Below, one piece after another: positions 19,564-30,375 of a stretch of DNA of 64,000 bases. A program made the translations under genes and the position numbers. The notes beneath the pieces are model-generated. The model ran no database searches, was not told the DNA's origin, and saw only the letters and a list, made by a program, of their open reading frames with translations. The stretch covers positions 75,221 to 139,220 of the forward strand of contig CASERZ010000002.1 in the NCBI GenBank assembly GCA_949290515.1. The letters are read 5' to 3'. This DNA comes from an uncultured Christensenella sp. Lineage in GTDB: Bacteria; Bacillota; Clostridia; Christensenellales; UBA3700. Each line of letters starts with the position of its first letter. Within the stretch, counting starts at the first letter, position 1.

Positions 19564-20276
19564 TATAATCTTGTGCAGATAAACAGCAATCTTTTGGACT
19601 TTTGCGAAACCTTGCAAAACTTTTCGCCGTCATATACCTGCCACGTCCACTTGTCTTTGAGAAGGGACTCTATTTTTTCTTGCGTATGTATATATTGTCT
19701 GTGCGTTTCTTCCACGCGGCGGTACAGTCCGCTTTGCGTTTTCTCAAAGAAGTCCACGTCCATATCCACACAGTCGCGCTTTAGCGTATTCTGCCATATA
19801 TAGGTAACGTCGTCGTAATCTTCGCAAAAAAGATTGTCTGCCAGTATATTTCTGAGTTTGTATTCCGACGACACGTCGAATACGAGAGTGCCTCCCTCTT
19901 TGAGATTTGCGCGTATCCTGTCCAGCACCGCACCGAGTTTATTCTGAGGGATATAGTTGAATCCGTCGCATACCGCGGTGATAAAATCGACTTTATGCGC
20001 AAGTTCGAGCTGTACGATATCCTGACGCACCCACTTGACATCTAGACCTTCGCGTCTTGCTTTGTCGCGCGCCACATTGAGCATCTCTTCGCTGAGGTCG
20101 ATTCCCGTCATACGGCACCCCGCCTTTGCAAGGCGCACCGTAATTTCGCCCGACCCGCAAGCTATGTCCGCGCCCTCTCCCGAGAGTTTGTCTTTTATAA
20201 ACTCTACGTACGCGCCGTAATCGAAGTCGCCCATCAAACGGTCGTAGTATTTTGCAAGTACGCTGTAAGAGGACAT
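19563..20276 (-). CDS. Class I SAM-dependent methyltransferase
   Basis: 237 aa with motif I GADIACGSGEIT and an acidic loop TGIDLS. Confidence 0.8.
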   Translation of the reverse strand: MSSYSVLAKYYDRLMGDFDYGAYVEFIKDKLSGEGADIACGSGEITVRLAKAGCRMTGIDLSEEMLNVARDKARREGLDVKWVRQDIVQLELAHKVDFITAVCDGFNYIPQNKLGAVLDRIRANLKEGGTLVFDVSSEYKLRNILADNLFCEDYDDVTYIWQNTLKRDCVDMDVDFFEKTQSGLYRRVEETHRQYIHTQEKIESLLKDKWTWQVYDGEKFCKVSQKSKRLLFICTRL

Positions 20277-20277
20277 A

Positions 20278-21294
20278 TTATTTCTTCTTTTTCTTCTTGT
20301 GAGAAGCCTGGAAGTTCTGTTTCTGCGACTGTTTCTTCTTAGCCTGATTGCGCTCTCTTGCCAGTCTTTCCTGTTCTTTCTGCTTAGCCTTCACGTCTTC
20401 CTGATAGAGATAACCTATCAAATTGTCGCACACGTACTGACTGTATGCCAGATTGAGCAAAACGTATACGCTCATACCCAACAATGCCATATATATGAGC
20501 ATAAACATACCTATGAGCGATACGAAAGACAACGCTACGAAACCTGCAAACACACCTGTTACGAAAAGCGTAGGCACTATCATCATCAATACCAGCACGC
20601 AGGTATTCTTGATATTGTCTTTCATCTTGAATCGGTAAAGCACGTACATACCCTGACCGATAAGCATATACATTACGCTCAGAAGCGCGAGGATACCTAT
20701 GAATACCACGAGTACCCACCAGCCTGCGTTGGCAGCGCCGTAAATCGCGGTTTCTTTCAAAATCATAATGAGCGAGCAAGTAAAGCCCGTAGCGAGTATG
20801 CCCAGCCAAGCGAAAGAAAGCATAAACTTGTACCAGTGCATTTTAATACCTCTGAAGAAGTGCTTCCAAATCTTGACCTGTGCGCCCCACAGCATATTTC
20901 TGCAACAGTAATATACGCCCGAAGCAAACAGACCTACCAAAAGCAGGCAGGGCAAAAGGGACGCCCCGAAAAGTTTGAGACGGAAGTCATATATCGCAGC
21001 CGTCGCTTCGACGGTGTTATCCACTATGCCGTAGCCTATGCCGATACCCGAGCTAAACTGGTATCCGGCAAGAATACTGCTCTCCTGCACCTGCATATAG
21101 TAGCCGAAAAGCACTATGATAGGTACGCAAGCGACTACCATAAAAAGGTTGAGCAAAACGAGTTTGGTCATATTCTGCGATACGACCTGCATAGCCTCTC
21201 TTATTCTGCCCTTATAGTTGATTTCTCTGCCTTCGGGGGACAAATCGCGCTGAAGCGTAAGTTTGCCCGCAAGGGTATTCAAAACTTTTCCCAT
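20278..21294 (-). CDS. Hypothetical multi-pass membrane protein (possibly DUF624/YesL-like)
   Basis: 338 aa with several TM segments and a Lys-rich C-terminal tail (..HKKKKKK). The family call is tentative. Confidence 0.6.
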   Translation of the reverse strand: MGKVLNTLAGKLTLQRDLSPEGREINYKGRIREAMQVVSQNMTKLVLLNLFMVVACVPIIVLFGYYMQVQESSILAGYQFSSGIGIGYGIVDNTVEATAAIYDFRLKLFGASLLPCLLLVGLFASGVYYCCRNMLWGAQVKIWKHFFRGIKMHWYKFMLSFAWLGILATGFTCSLIMILKETAIYGAANAGWWVLVVFIGILALLSVMYMLIGQGMYVLYRFKMKDNIKNTCVLVLMMIVPTLFVTGVFAGFVALSFVSLIGMFMLIYMALLGMSVYVLLNLAYSQYVCDNLIGYLYQEDVKAKQKEQERLARERNQAKKKQSQKQNFQASHKKKKKK

Positions 21295-21444
21295 ATTAAC
21301 TCCAATTTTAAAATCTTTTATATTATAAACTATTTTTTCCTATTAATCAATAATATTAACGGATTTTTTCTCAAAGCTTGAAGCAAAGATAAAATACCAT
21401 AGCAAATACCTGTGCATATAAATAAAAAAACTGCGAAAAATCAC

Positions 21445-21473
21445 TTTACAGCTTAAAAATATTGTGCTATCAT
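21445..21473 (+). promoter_or_regulatory. Promoter of the lysine riboswitch/asd operon (TTTACA-17-TGcTATCAT)
   Basis: The -35 is at 21445-21450 and the extended -10 at 21465-21473. Confidence 0.55.
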
Positions 21474-21480
21474 ATTCGTA

Positions 21481-21650
21481 AGTTTATAGAGGCGCAGAAT
21501 ATATCAGTATCGGGATACAGGCGACAAGACGCTCCCGCGAAAGGATATTTTGCCGAAATCGTAAGTTCCTCTTGTGCGACTTACGGTTGGTTACTACGGT
21601 GAACAACCCTGTAACTGTCACCTTAAAATGCAAGGTGGAGCACTTAAACT
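21481..21650 (+). promoter_or_regulatory. Lysine riboswitch (L-box)
   Basis: Conserved L-box elements appear in order: AGAGGCGC, GAAAGG, TGCCGAAA, ACTGTCAC, GGTGGAGCAC. P1 forms between AGTTTA (21481-21486) and TAAACT (21645-21650). The element lies upstream of lysine-pathway genes. Confidence 0.85.
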
Positions 21651-21675
21651 GACAACGATATTTTGTCATTTATGT

Positions 21676-21703
21676 ATGCTTTACACCTGTAAAGCATTTT
21701 TTA
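21676..21703 (+). terminator. Riboswitch expression-platform terminator
   Basis: ATGCTTTAC-ACCT-GTAAAGCAT followed by TTTTTT. Confidence 0.75.
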
Positions 21704-21763
21704 TTGCTCTTAAACTTCCGATACGCAAAAATTTTAATGAGTTCAACTCACAAGGAGAATAAA

Positions 21764-22783
21764 ATGAAAAAGTATAGCGTAGCCGTAGTCGGCGCAACCG
21801 GTATGGTAGGCAACAAGTTTCTCGAGGTCTTGACCGAAAAACAACTCCCCGTAGAAAATTATTATCTCTTCGCATCCGCTAAGAGCGCAGGCAAGGTTAT
21901 TGATTTTATGGGCAAACCCCACACCGTAATCGAGCTGACCGAAGAAAACGTAAAAGCTCACAAAGTAGACATCGCGCTTTTCAGTGCGGGCGGTTCGACG
22001 AGCGCTAAGTTCGCTCCCGTTTTCGCTAAAGAGGGCGCAGTCGTTATAGACAACTCCAGCCAGTGGAGAATGGACCCTAACGTTCCTCTCGTAGTTCCCG
22101 AAGTTAACCCTCAGGATATCGACTGGCATCACGGCATTATCGCCAACCCTAACTGCTCTACCATTCAGGCTATGGTAGCTCTCAAACCCCTCTACGACAA
22201 GTACGGCATCAAGAGAGTCGTTTACAGCACCTATCAGGCAGTAAGCGGTGCCGGCGTAGCAGGTTACAACGACCTCCTCGATGGCCTCAAATCCTTCGTC
22301 AAGGGCGAAAAGTACGAAACCAAGAAGTTCCCTTATCAGATTGCCAACAACTGTCTGCCCCACATCGACGTATTCCTCGACAACGGCTATACCAAAGAGG
22401 AAGAAAAGATGATTAAGGAAACAAAGAAAATCCTCGGAGACGACACCATTAAGGTTACGGCTACCACTGTAAGAGTGCCCGTACTCAACTCTCACTCCGA
22501 GTCCATCAACGTAGAATTCAAGAAGCCCTGCACCAAAGAAGGTATCGTAGAAGCTCTCAAAAATCAACAGGGCATCGTAGTCGTTGACGACGTTGCCAAC
22601 AACAAGTACCCTATGCCTATCGATTCTACGGGTCACGACGAGGTTTACGTCGGACGTATCCGTATAGACGATACCGTAGAAAGCGGTTGCAACCTCTGGG
22701 TAGTAGCCGACAATATCCGTAAAGGCGCTGCAAGCAATGCCGTACAGATTGCGGAATATATGATTAAAAACAACAAGATTTAA
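21764..22783 (+). CDS. asd: Aspartate-semialdehyde dehydrogenase
   Basis: 339 aa from ATG 21764 (MKKYSVAVVGATGMVG, Rossmann motif). The active-site region IANPNCSTI is present. AAGGAGAA lies upstream. The track's upstream extension runs into the terminator. Confidence 0.95.
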   Translation: MKKYSVAVVGATGMVGNKFLEVLTEKQLPVENYYLFASAKSAGKVIDFMGKPHTVIELTEENVKAHKVDIALFSAGGSTSAKFAPVFAKEGAVVIDNSSQWRMDPNVPLVVPEVNPQDIDWHHGIIANPNCSTIQAMVALKPLYDKYGIKRVVYSTYQAVSGAGVAGYNDLLDGLKSFVKGEKYETKKFPYQIANNCLPHIDVFLDNGYTKEEEKMIKETKKILGDDTIKVTATTVRVPVLNSHSESINVEFKKPCTKEGIVEALKNQQGIVVVDDVANNKYPMPIDSTGHDEVYVGRIRIDDTVESGCNLWVVADNIRKGAASNAVQIAEYMIKNNKI

Positions 22784-22818
22784 GTTTGTGATGCGGTACG
22801 ACCGCAAGAGGTATTAAA

Positions 22819-23697
22819 ATGTTTGAAGGAACTTATACCGCGATAATCACCCCTTTCGACGAAAAAGGCGTAGATTACGAAAGTTTTGAAAAATTGATAG
22901 AAAGCCAGATTAAAGGCGGTATCAACGGTATAGTATTTACCGGTACTACGGGTGAGCCCGCTACGATGACCGACGCAGAGAAAAAGCAATTGAGACGCTT
23001 TGCGCTCGACACCGTTGCAAAACGCGTACCCGTAATATTCGGCACGGGAAGCAACTGCACTCTTTCCGCCGTTAAAAACTCGGCTATGGCTCAGGAAGAG
23101 GGCGCGGACGGCGTACTCGTCGTAACTCCCTATTACAACAAATGTACTCAGGAAGGGCTTTATCTGCATTACGAGGCAATCTCCAAAGAATGTTCGCTTC
23201 CTATGATTATCTACAACGTTCCCGGACGTACGGGCGTTAACATTCTTCCCGAGACGGCAGGCAGAATAGCTCGCGGCATCAAAAACGTCGTAGGCATAAA
23301 AGAAGCTTGCGGCAATCTCGAACAGATTGCAAAGACGGCTAAGGCTATCGAAGGCACCCAGCTTCAGCTGATGAGCGGCGACGACAAACTCGCGGTAGAC
23401 ATCGCGAAGCTCGGCGGTACTACCCTTATATCCGTAGCCAGCAACGCTCTTCCCAAAGAATTTTCCCGGCTTATGGCGTATGCGGGCGCAAAAGAATTTG
23501 ACAAGGCACAGGCTATTCTCGATAAATATTCGGATTTTGTCGACCTTCTCTTTGCCGAAGTCAACCCTATCCCCGTAAAATACGCTTGCTCGTTGCTCGG
23601 ACTTTGCAAAAACGTATTAAGACTTCCCCTCACTCCTATGAGCGAGGCTAAGGCGCAACTTCTTTGCAAAGAAATGCAAAGACTTCAAATTATCTGA
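22819..23697 (+). CDS. dapA: 4-hydroxy-tetrahydrodipicolinate synthase
   Basis: 292 aa with GTTGE, YNVPGRTG and IVGIKEA (active-site Lys) motifs. Confidence 0.95.
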   Translation: MFEGTYTAIITPFDEKGVDYESFEKLIESQIKGGINGIVFTGTTGEPATMTDAEKKQLRRFALDTVAKRVPVIFGTGSNCTLSAVKNSAMAQEEGADGVLVVTPYYNKCTQEGLYLHYEAISKECSLPMIIYNVPGRTGVNILPETAGRIARGIKNVVGIKEACGNLEQIAKTAKAIEGTQLQLMSGDDKLAVDIAKLGGTTLISVASNALPKEFSRLMAYAGAKEFDKAQAILDKYSDFVDLLFAEVNPIPVKYACSLLGLCKNVLRLPLTPMSEAKAQLLCKEMQRLQII

Positions 23698-23705
23698 GGT
23701 GTGAT

Positions 23706-24473
23706 ATGACAAACGTACTAATCTGCGGAATCGGCGGTAAAATGGGACAAAACGTCCTCGAATGCATATCCTCGCGCGAAGATATGCGCGTAGTAGGAGG
23801 CATAGACAAATTCGCTAACGCAGAAGATTTTAAAGTTCCCGTATACAAGAGCGTATTCGACGTAAAAGACAAAGTGGACGTAATCATAGATTTTTCCCGT
23901 CCCGAAGCTCTTGCCGACCTGCTTAAATACGGCACGGAAAACGGCGCGTCTTTGGTACTAGCTACTACGGGATATACTCCCGAACAGCAACAGGCTGTGG
24001 AAGAAGCAAGCAAAAAAACAGCCGTATTTCAATCTAGCAATATGTCGCTCGGCGTAAATCTTCTCATCGAGCTGTGTCGCAAAGCAACCGATTTCTTGGG
24101 TGACGCTTTCGAAGTAGAGATTATCGAACAGCACCACAACCGCAAGGTTGACGCCCCTTCGGGCACTGCTCTGTCCATTGCAAAAGCCATCAACGAGGAG
24201 TTTGATAATTCCAAAGAATTCGTATACGGCAGACAGGGCAAGGACTGCAAGCGCACTCCCAAAGAGATAGGAATACACGCCGTAAGAGGCGGTACTATCG
24301 TAGGCAAACACGACGTACTGTTTATCGGCAAGGACGAGGTTATCACTCTCGCTCACGAAGCGCAGTCGCGTATGGTATTCGCTCAGGGCGCAGTCAAAGC
24401 AGCCGCCTTCGTAGCGCAGAAAAATCAAGGTATGTACTCTATGAAAGAGATGCTTGCCGAGATTATGGACTGA
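23706..24473 (+). CDS. dapB: 4-hydroxy-tetrahydrodipicolinate reductase
   Basis: 255 aa from ATG 23706 (MTNVLICGIGGKMG). The motif EIIEQHHNRKVDAPSGTA is present. Confidence 0.95.
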   Translation: MTNVLICGIGGKMGQNVLECISSREDMRVVGGIDKFANAEDFKVPVYKSVFDVKDKVDVIIDFSRPEALADLLKYGTENGASLVLATTGYTPEQQQAVEEASKKTAVFQSSNMSLGVNLLIELCRKATDFLGDAFEVEIIEQHHNRKVDAPSGTALSIAKAINEEFDNSKEFVYGRQGKDCKRTPKEIGIHAVRGGTIVGKHDVLFIGKDEVITLAHEAQSRMVFAQGAVKAAAFVAQKNQGMYSMKEMLAEIMD

Positions 24474-24532
24474 GTAAAAAGCTAAAAGGTCGTACGTTAT
24501 GTACGAAAGTTTGTCCGATATTGTTCGGATAT

Positions 24533-24566
24533 AAAAAAAGCGAGGCAACAGCCTCGCTCTTTTGTT
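24533..24566. terminator. Bidirectional terminator between dapB and a convergent membrane-protein gene
   Basis: A7-AGCGAGGC-AACA-GCCTCGCT-CTTTTGTT. Confidence 0.65.
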
Positions 24567-24609
24567 AATTTTTCTTTATTCTTATCCTTTTGCCGTCAAT
24601 CATTTTACC

Positions 24610-25158
24610 TCAGGCTTTCTTTTCCTTGTCGCGCATAAGTTCCTCGAGAGCGACTTCATACTTTCTGTTAAGCTCTGCCACCTCTTCTCTGTGCTCCATC
24701 TGCATTTTGAGAAGGTCGCAATCGAGCATACGGCTTTCTTTGTATACCTTTATAGGAAACTTTCCCGCCGCTTTCAGCGTCAGCACCTCGTACCATGTAA
24801 ACTGACTGGGACTTTTGACGATGTATTTCTTTCCGTCCTTTTCGTAAGAATACTCAACGTAGTACACCGCGACTTTGCCTATCGACTTTTCACTGCCGTA
24901 CGATATGAATTCCGCCGTAGCACTCTCCCCCGACAAAGCAGTCTTTTCCTCTCTCTTTATCTCGGCAAGTCTGAACAGCGCGGATATCGCAAGAGCCACT
25001 CCCACGATTAGAGTTATCGCGGATACGAGATAGCTTGCCGCCCACTTTTCCGCCGCAAAATATCTGTAATACACGAGAAGCACTATACCCAGCACCGCGA
25101 CAATTATGCCTATTACAGCGGGACGTATAACGTTGTTTTTGACAGTGAGTTTTTTCAT
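24610..25158 (-). CDS. Hypothetical membrane protein
   Basis: 182 aa with two TM segments and a beta-rich soluble domain. It sits 1 nt after the upstream gene's stop. Confidence 0.6.
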   Translation of the reverse strand: MKKLTVKNNVIRPAVIGIIVAVLGIVLLVYYRYFAAEKWAASYLVSAITLIVGVALAISALFRLAEIKREEKTALSGESATAEFISYGSEKSIGKVAVYYVEYSYEKDGKKYIVKSPSQFTWYEVLTLKAAGKFPIKVYKESRMLDCDLLKMQMEHREEVAELNRKYEVALEELMRDKEKKA

Positions 25159-25159
25159 A

Positions 25160-25864
25160 TCAGTCTTTTATATAAAGTATTCTTCCGCAGTTGGGACATT
25201 CCTGAATTTTGTTTTCCTGAAGCTTATTGAGCGCGTCGCTCGCCACTTCCATACCGCAACCTCCGCAACCGTTGGGTTTTACCAAAGGAACGAATACGGG
25301 TACGCGCTTATTTGCCCTGACTTTCTGATATCTCTCCATAAGTTTAGGCTCGACGTCCTGCGCGATAGCTTTCATCTCTTTCATAAGAGCGTTAGCCTCT
25401 ACCGCCATATTTTTCTTGAGTTCGTTGAAAGCCTCCGTAGCCATACGGTAAGCCTTTGCCGCTTTTGCCGCCTGCTCGAAGTCCTTTTTCTGATTAGCGT
25501 TGATTTCGCTCAGTTCTCTGTTACCTCTGGAGATTTCTTTTTCAGCGTCTTCGAGTTTCTGCTCGAGTTTTTCGAGTTGCTTTGCAAAATAATCGAGTTG
25601 CTTTTCGTCACAGTCTTTAAGTTCGCTGTTGTTGATTTCGTCAATCTGCTTGTCCGTATCTTCGAGCGACGCTATTATCTTCTTGATGCTCTCCATAGTA
25701 TGGTCGGCAACGTCGTTCATTCTCGTAAGGTTTTCAATAGACTGTTGTCCCGTCTGCTTGTATGCCATAACCTTTTTGGCTTCCTGCGAAGACTTCAGTT
25801 CGTTTTCGAGCTTGATATATTTCATATCGTACTCCTGATATTGCAAAATCTTATCTATACTCAT
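25160..25864 (-). CDS. Coiled-coil protein with C-terminal C4 zinc ribbon (COG1579-like)
   Basis: 234 aa from ATG 25864 with AAGGAG upstream. It is a long coiled coil ending CGGCGMEV...CPNCGRILY. Confidence 0.7.
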   Translation of the reverse strand: MSIDKILQYQEYDMKYIKLENELKSSQEAKKVMAYKQTGQQSIENLTRMNDVADHTMESIKKIIASLEDTDKQIDEINNSELKDCDEKQLDYFAKQLEKLEQKLEDAEKEISRGNRELSEINANQKKDFEQAAKAAKAYRMATEAFNELKKNMAVEANALMKEMKAIAQDVEPKLMERYQKVRANKRVPVFVPLVKPNGCGGCGMEVASDALNKLQENKIQECPNCGRILYIKD

Positions 25865-25910
25865 AATATACTCCTTTGCGCCCTTGGGCACTTGTAGTTG
25901 TGTTGATGTC

Positions 25911-27299
25911 CTACGCTTTCGTGTAGGGGTCCTTGTCCGTATTACTGATACAAATCGTATCGCCGAATTTACTGTCCAGCCACGCGCGGAAAATGTCAAT
26001 GCAGAAAATTTCGCTGTTGTAATGTCCGAAGTCGACAAGCGCGAGATTGTAATCTCTGATTTTTAAGGCAACGGATATCTTGCTTTCTCCGCTAGCGATA
26101 CAGTCTATTCCGTTGTCGCGCGCATATTCGACAAGCTCGTCGTCTCTTGCTCCCGCTCCCGTACAAATCAAAGTATTGCTTATGATTTTTTCGCCGTCAC
26201 CCACGTATTTTACGTTGGCATCGCCTAATATATCTGCTAATGCTTTGGCAAAATCTTTGAGTTTTAGAGGCTGAGGAAGCACGCCTTCTCTGGCACAACC
26301 GTCCGCAATTTTTACCTTTTTCAGTCCTATCAAACCCGCAAGGTAATCGTTGAGACCGCCCTTGCAACAGTCGAGATTTGTATGACAGCTGTAAAGATTG
26401 ATTCCGTACTCCTCAGCTTTTTTCAAAAGTCTCTCAGAATACAAATCTCTCTCTTCACCGAATACCGACGGATGATGCGTAACGAGTAAATTGCACCCCT
26501 TTTTAACACATTCTTCCAGCACGGAAAAAGTCGCGTTTTGAGCAAGCATAATTCCCGTCAGCTTCTGCTCCTTGTCCCCTAGATTGAGACCCGCGCTGTC
26601 AAAGTCGAGCATAAGAGAAAGCGGAGCGTGTTTTTCTATCTCGTCAGTTACGTCTTTTATCTTAAAATCGTCCTTATGCATACAGTATCCGTATATCTTT
26701 TTAAGAGTTTCGTCGGCATATACGCCGAGTTTTTCATACTTTTCTCTGATATGTCGCGAATACTTGACAAAATCGGGATTGTCTATGCTGTTTTTGCCTA
26801 TGTACAGACTTTTCTCGTCCGTCGACATTTTAGCCGTATCGGCAAGCGCGACGATTATATCGTAGAATTTTCCGCCCTCTTCGACGGTGTAATCCTTTTC
26901 CGTATAAAATCCCTGAGCGCGCAAAAACTTTCTCAAATCCACTACGTTGCGATGCGCTACGAGAACAAATCTTTTTATTCCTTTGCTTCCCTTAGAAAGT
27001 ATGGATATTATCTCGTTGCCGCCCATACCGGCAATAACCGCGCAGTCGGCTTCGTTGTCTTTCAAGGGTATAAGACCGTCCCCGCAACGACATTCCATAG
27101 CGTCGAGCCCCAGCCTTTTGGCAAGTTGAGACGCCTTGCTCAGCGAATCTTCTGATATATCGCAAGCAATTACTCTCTTGACTTTGCCCCCGATAAGACT
27201 TGCCGCGCTGACCTTGCCGTGGTCGCATCCTATGTCAGCAAGCACTTCGCCCTTTACTTCGTTGACTACGGCGGTAAGTCTTTTGTCAAGTCTCAGCAT
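25911..27299 (-). CDS. Fusion protein: TrmK-like tRNA (adenine22-N1)-methyltransferase (N-terminal half) plus Nif3-family dinuclear-metal protein (C-terminal half)
   Basis: A single 462-aa ORF. Residues 1 to about 215 are TrmK-like (LADIGCDHGKV...IAGMGG). Residues from about 225 to 462 are Nif3-like (LLVTHHPSVF...SCHTNLD...GHYNSE). Confidence 0.8.
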   Translation of the reverse strand: MLRLDKRLTAVVNEVKGEVLADIGCDHGKVSAASLIGGKVKRVIACDISEDSLSKASQLAKRLGLDAMECRCGDGLIPLKDNEADCAVIAGMGGNEIISILSKGSKGIKRFVLVAHRNVVDLRKFLRAQGFYTEKDYTVEEGGKFYDIIVALADTAKMSTDEKSLYIGKNSIDNPDFVKYSRHIREKYEKLGVYADETLKKIYGYCMHKDDFKIKDVTDEIEKHAPLSLMLDFDSAGLNLGDKEQKLTGIMLAQNATFSVLEECVKKGCNLLVTHHPSVFGEERDLYSERLLKKAEEYGINLYSCHTNLDCCKGGLNDYLAGLIGLKKVKIADGCAREGVLPQPLKLKDFAKALADILGDANVKYVGDGEKIISNTLICTGAGARDDELVEYARDNGIDCIASGESKISVALKIRDYNLALVDFGHYNSEIFCIDIFRAWLDSKFGDTICISNTDKDPYTKA

Positions 27300-27300
27300 A

Positions 27301-28398
27301 TCATACCTTGCCGATATAGTCTTTGAGCTTTTTGGTGCGGTTGGGATGACGAAGCTTTCTCAATGCCTTCGCCTCTATCTGACGGATACGCTCACGCGTA
27401 ACGTTGAATTCTCTACCCACTTCTTCGAGCGTCTTGGGACGCGCGTCGTCGAGACCGTATCTCTTGCGGATAACTTCGTTTTCTCTGGGTGTAAGCGAGC
27501 TGAGAACTTCGAGCAAATGCTCTTTGAGCATTTTCGTTTCTGCTTTCTCAGCAGGAGAAGCAGAGGTATTATCCTCTATGAAATCTCCGAGATGGCTGTC
27601 TTCTTCCTCGCCGATAGGTTTTTCGAGAGAAACAGGGTCTTGCGCAATCTTCTGAATCTCTATTACCTTTTCTTCGGTAATGCCCATCTGGTCGGCAATT
27701 TCCTTGGTAGTAGGTTCTCTGCCGAGAGTCTGCAAAAGCTGTCTTGCCACTCTGCCCGTTTTGTTTATCGTCTCTACCATATGAACGGGAATTCTTATCG
27801 TTCTTGCCTGGTCTGCGATAGCTCTCGTAATGGACTGCTTAATCCACCACGTAGCGTAGGTAGAAAACTTGAATCCCTTTGTATGGTCAAATTTTTCTAC
27901 TGCTTTCATAAGTCCGAGATTGCCTTCCTGTATAAGGTCGAGGAATTGCATACCTCTTCCGACATATCTCTTTGCGATAGATACGACCAGACGGAGGTTT
28001 GCTTCGCTCAGTCTGTTTTTGGCAGCCTGGTCGCCCTCGCTCATTCTCTTTGCGAGTTCGAGTTCCTCATCGGGTTTGAGTAGAGGTACCTGACCTATGT
28101 CTTTGAGGTACATCTTCACCGAATCGTCAGTCGTAGCGTCGATATTGTCAAATACGATACCCTTGATATCGTCTTCGGTATCTTCTTCGATTTCTATGCC
28201 CTTTTCTCTCAAAATCTCATATACGAGACTTAGCTCGTCGGGCTGAAGCGTAAGCTTGTCCGTAAGCTTTTCAAACTCGGATATAGTGAGAGTTTTGTTT
28301 TTGTAGTTGTTGGCGATTTTCTTTGCTTCGTTGCGGATTTTCTCCTCTCTCTGCGCAGTCTTGTCGCTGACTTCCACTTTGTCCTTTTTGTCTTCCAT
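27301..28398 (-). CDS. sigA: RNA polymerase primary sigma factor
   Basis: 365 aa from ATG 28398 with GGAGG upstream. Region 2.4, 3 and 4.2 signatures are present ([27 protein letters not shown]; [30 protein letters not shown]). Confidence 0.95.
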   Translation of the reverse strand: MEDKKDKVEVSDKTAQREEKIRNEAKKIANNYKNKTLTISEFEKLTDKLTLQPDELSLVYEILREKGIEIEEDTEDDIKGIVFDNIDATTDDSVKMYLKDIGQVPLLKPDEELELAKRMSEGDQAAKNRLSEANLRLVVSIAKRYVGRGMQFLDLIQEGNLGLMKAVEKFDHTKGFKFSTYATWWIKQSITRAIADQARTIRIPVHMVETINKTGRVARQLLQTLGREPTTKEIADQMGITEEKVIEIQKIAQDPVSLEKPIGEEEDSHLGDFIEDNTSASPAEKAETKMLKEHLLEVLSSLTPRENEVIRKRYGLDDARPKTLEEVGREFNVTRERIRQIEAKALRKLRHPNRTKKLKDYIGKV

Positions 28399-28429
28399 AC
28401 GTCCTCCGAATATATTAACTTTCGTAGTA

Positions 28430-30160
28430 TTATTGTTTTTTTGTCTGGGCAAGCTGACTTATCATTATGTATCTGGCTTCCTCGTCCTGTTCGCTGTCGA
28501 TAGCCTTTGTCAAAGCACGCTTGCGCAGTTTGTTGCCTTCTTTGATTATTTTGTTGACGCAGTCGTTAAAATACGCGACCGCTATGTCGTCTCCTATCTT
28601 GCTTCCCTCGTCGAGTACAAGCTTTACTTCGGGATTCTCTTCTTCTTCCTTGACCAGCTCTTCGAGAGTATTCAGTCCTCCGTCCCTTTTCGAACGGTAT
28701 AAATCGTACAATGTCTTCTGGTCCTTGTCGGTGATATACTGCGACAAGTCCGTATCGCACTTAACGCCATCAACTCCCTGAAACAGTCCGTAAAGCACAT
28801 ATCTTACCGCTCTGTCAAACGCCGTCATATTTGCTTTGACTGCGGGTTTTGCAATCTGGATTACGTTTGTTCCGCTGACGTCAAACTGGCGTCTTAAGGT
28901 TTCCGTACTCAGCCCCGTCTTCTTTGCGACATAACCTATATAAGCCTCGACCATAGCGGGGTCTTCGAGTACTTTTATCGCATTCATAGCCTCGACTGCG
29001 TATTTTCCTTTTTCCTGAGGAGAGGACAAATCGTACTTGGACGCTATCACGTTGAGTTTGTGCTCGAAGAGAGGTTTTGCCTCTACGAGAAGTTTGAGAT
29101 AACTGTCCTTGCCGTATTTTCTAACGTATTCGTCGGGGTCGAGGTTATCGGGAAGGCTTACTACTCTTACGTCAAGTCCTTCTGCGTAAAGTATGTCAAG
29201 ACCTCTCATTGTTGCCTTTTGTCCCGCGCTGTCGCCGTCGTAACAGATTATGATTTTGTTGACGTATCTCTTTATAAGTTTTGCCTGTTCGGCAGTCAGT
29301 GCCGTCCCCATAGAAGCGACCGCGTTTTTTACTCCGCTCTGGAAGAGAGAGATTACGTCCATATATCCTTCGACCATAATCAGCTCGCTGACGGGTCCTT
29401 CGAGTTTGAGCTTCTTGACGGAATGCTGACCGAAAATCTCTTTTGACTTGTTGAAGAGAATAGTTTCTCTGGTATTCTTGTACTTAGGCAAACTGTCGTC
29501 AAGCACTCTTCCGCCGAATGCGATAACCTGCTTTAAGTTGTTGATGATAGGCACTATAAGTCTTCCTGCCATAGTATCGTAACAACCGCTTTGCGATTTG
29601 TCGGCAATACCCGCCTCAATCATATTCTCTTGAGAATAGCCTTTTGCGGCGAGATAGGATATGAGTTGTTGTTTTCCTATGGAATATCCCAGTCCGAAAA
29701 TACGCGCCGTCTGTGCGCTTATGCCGCGCCTTGCAAGATATTCGCGTGCAGGTTTTCCCCCGTCGCCCATAAGGTTCTGATGATAATAAGCGGCGGTATC
29801 CCTCATCATTTCGTACAGCTTGTCCTTATGCTTTTTGAGAGCGGCATTTCCGTCGCGGCGCGAAAAATCGGGGATTTCGACGTGATACTTATCGGCAAGA
29901 ATTTTGACTGCGCCCATAAAATCGGTATGCTCAATCTCCTGCACGAAAGTTATTACGTCGCCACCCACGTGACAACCGAAACAATAATAAGTCTGAGTCT
30001 GGGAATGAACGCAAAACGAAGGCGTCTTTTCGTGATGAAAAGGACAACACGCCCATTTTCTGCTGCCTTTTTCTTCGAGATGCACATAGGAGGATATTAC
30101 CTCAGCTATGTCCGTCTTAGATTTGAGCTTTTCCAGCCACTCGGAAAAAACTTCCGCCAT
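28430..30160 (-). CDS. dnaG: DNA primase
   Basis: 576 aa with the zinc finger [11 protein letters not shown]...CFGC, a TOPRIM domain (EGYMDV...DGDSAG) and a C-terminal helical domain. Confidence 0.95.
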   Translation of the reverse strand: MAEVFSEWLEKLKSKTDIAEVISSYVHLEEKGSRKWACCPFHHEKTPSFCVHSQTQTYYCFGCHVGGDVITFVQEIEHTDFMGAVKILADKYHVEIPDFSRRDGNAALKKHKDKLYEMMRDTAAYYHQNLMGDGGKPAREYLARRGISAQTARIFGLGYSIGKQQLISYLAAKGYSQENMIEAGIADKSQSGCYDTMAGRLIVPIINNLKQVIAFGGRVLDDSLPKYKNTRETILFNKSKEIFGQHSVKKLKLEGPVSELIMVEGYMDVISLFQSGVKNAVASMGTALTAEQAKLIKRYVNKIIICYDGDSAGQKATMRGLDILYAEGLDVRVVSLPDNLDPDEYVRKYGKDSYLKLLVEAKPLFEHKLNVIASKYDLSSPQEKGKYAVEAMNAIKVLEDPAMVEAYIGYVAKKTGLSTETLRRQFDVSGTNVIQIAKPAVKANMTAFDRAVRYVLYGLFQGVDGVKCDTDLSQYITDKDQKTLYDLYRSKRDGGLNTLEELVKEEEENPEVKLVLDEGSKIGDDIAVAYFNDCVNKIIKEGNKLRKRALTKAIDSEQDEEARYIMISQLAQTKKQ

Positions 30161-30375
30161 CTTATGTCTTATACCTTATACCTTCTAACGTTTTACACTT
30201 AATTATACGCTGCCCGAAGCCGTTTTTCCTAAATAATATTAAAATAATTTTTAATATTCTTGCCAAAATTTTAAAAAATATCCGTATAACGGCGCGAAAG
30301 CGCGTCGAAAATGTAGAAAAATTTGAATTTTTTATAAATTTTTTGCTTACAGGTGTGTTTTATAAACTCTTGATA

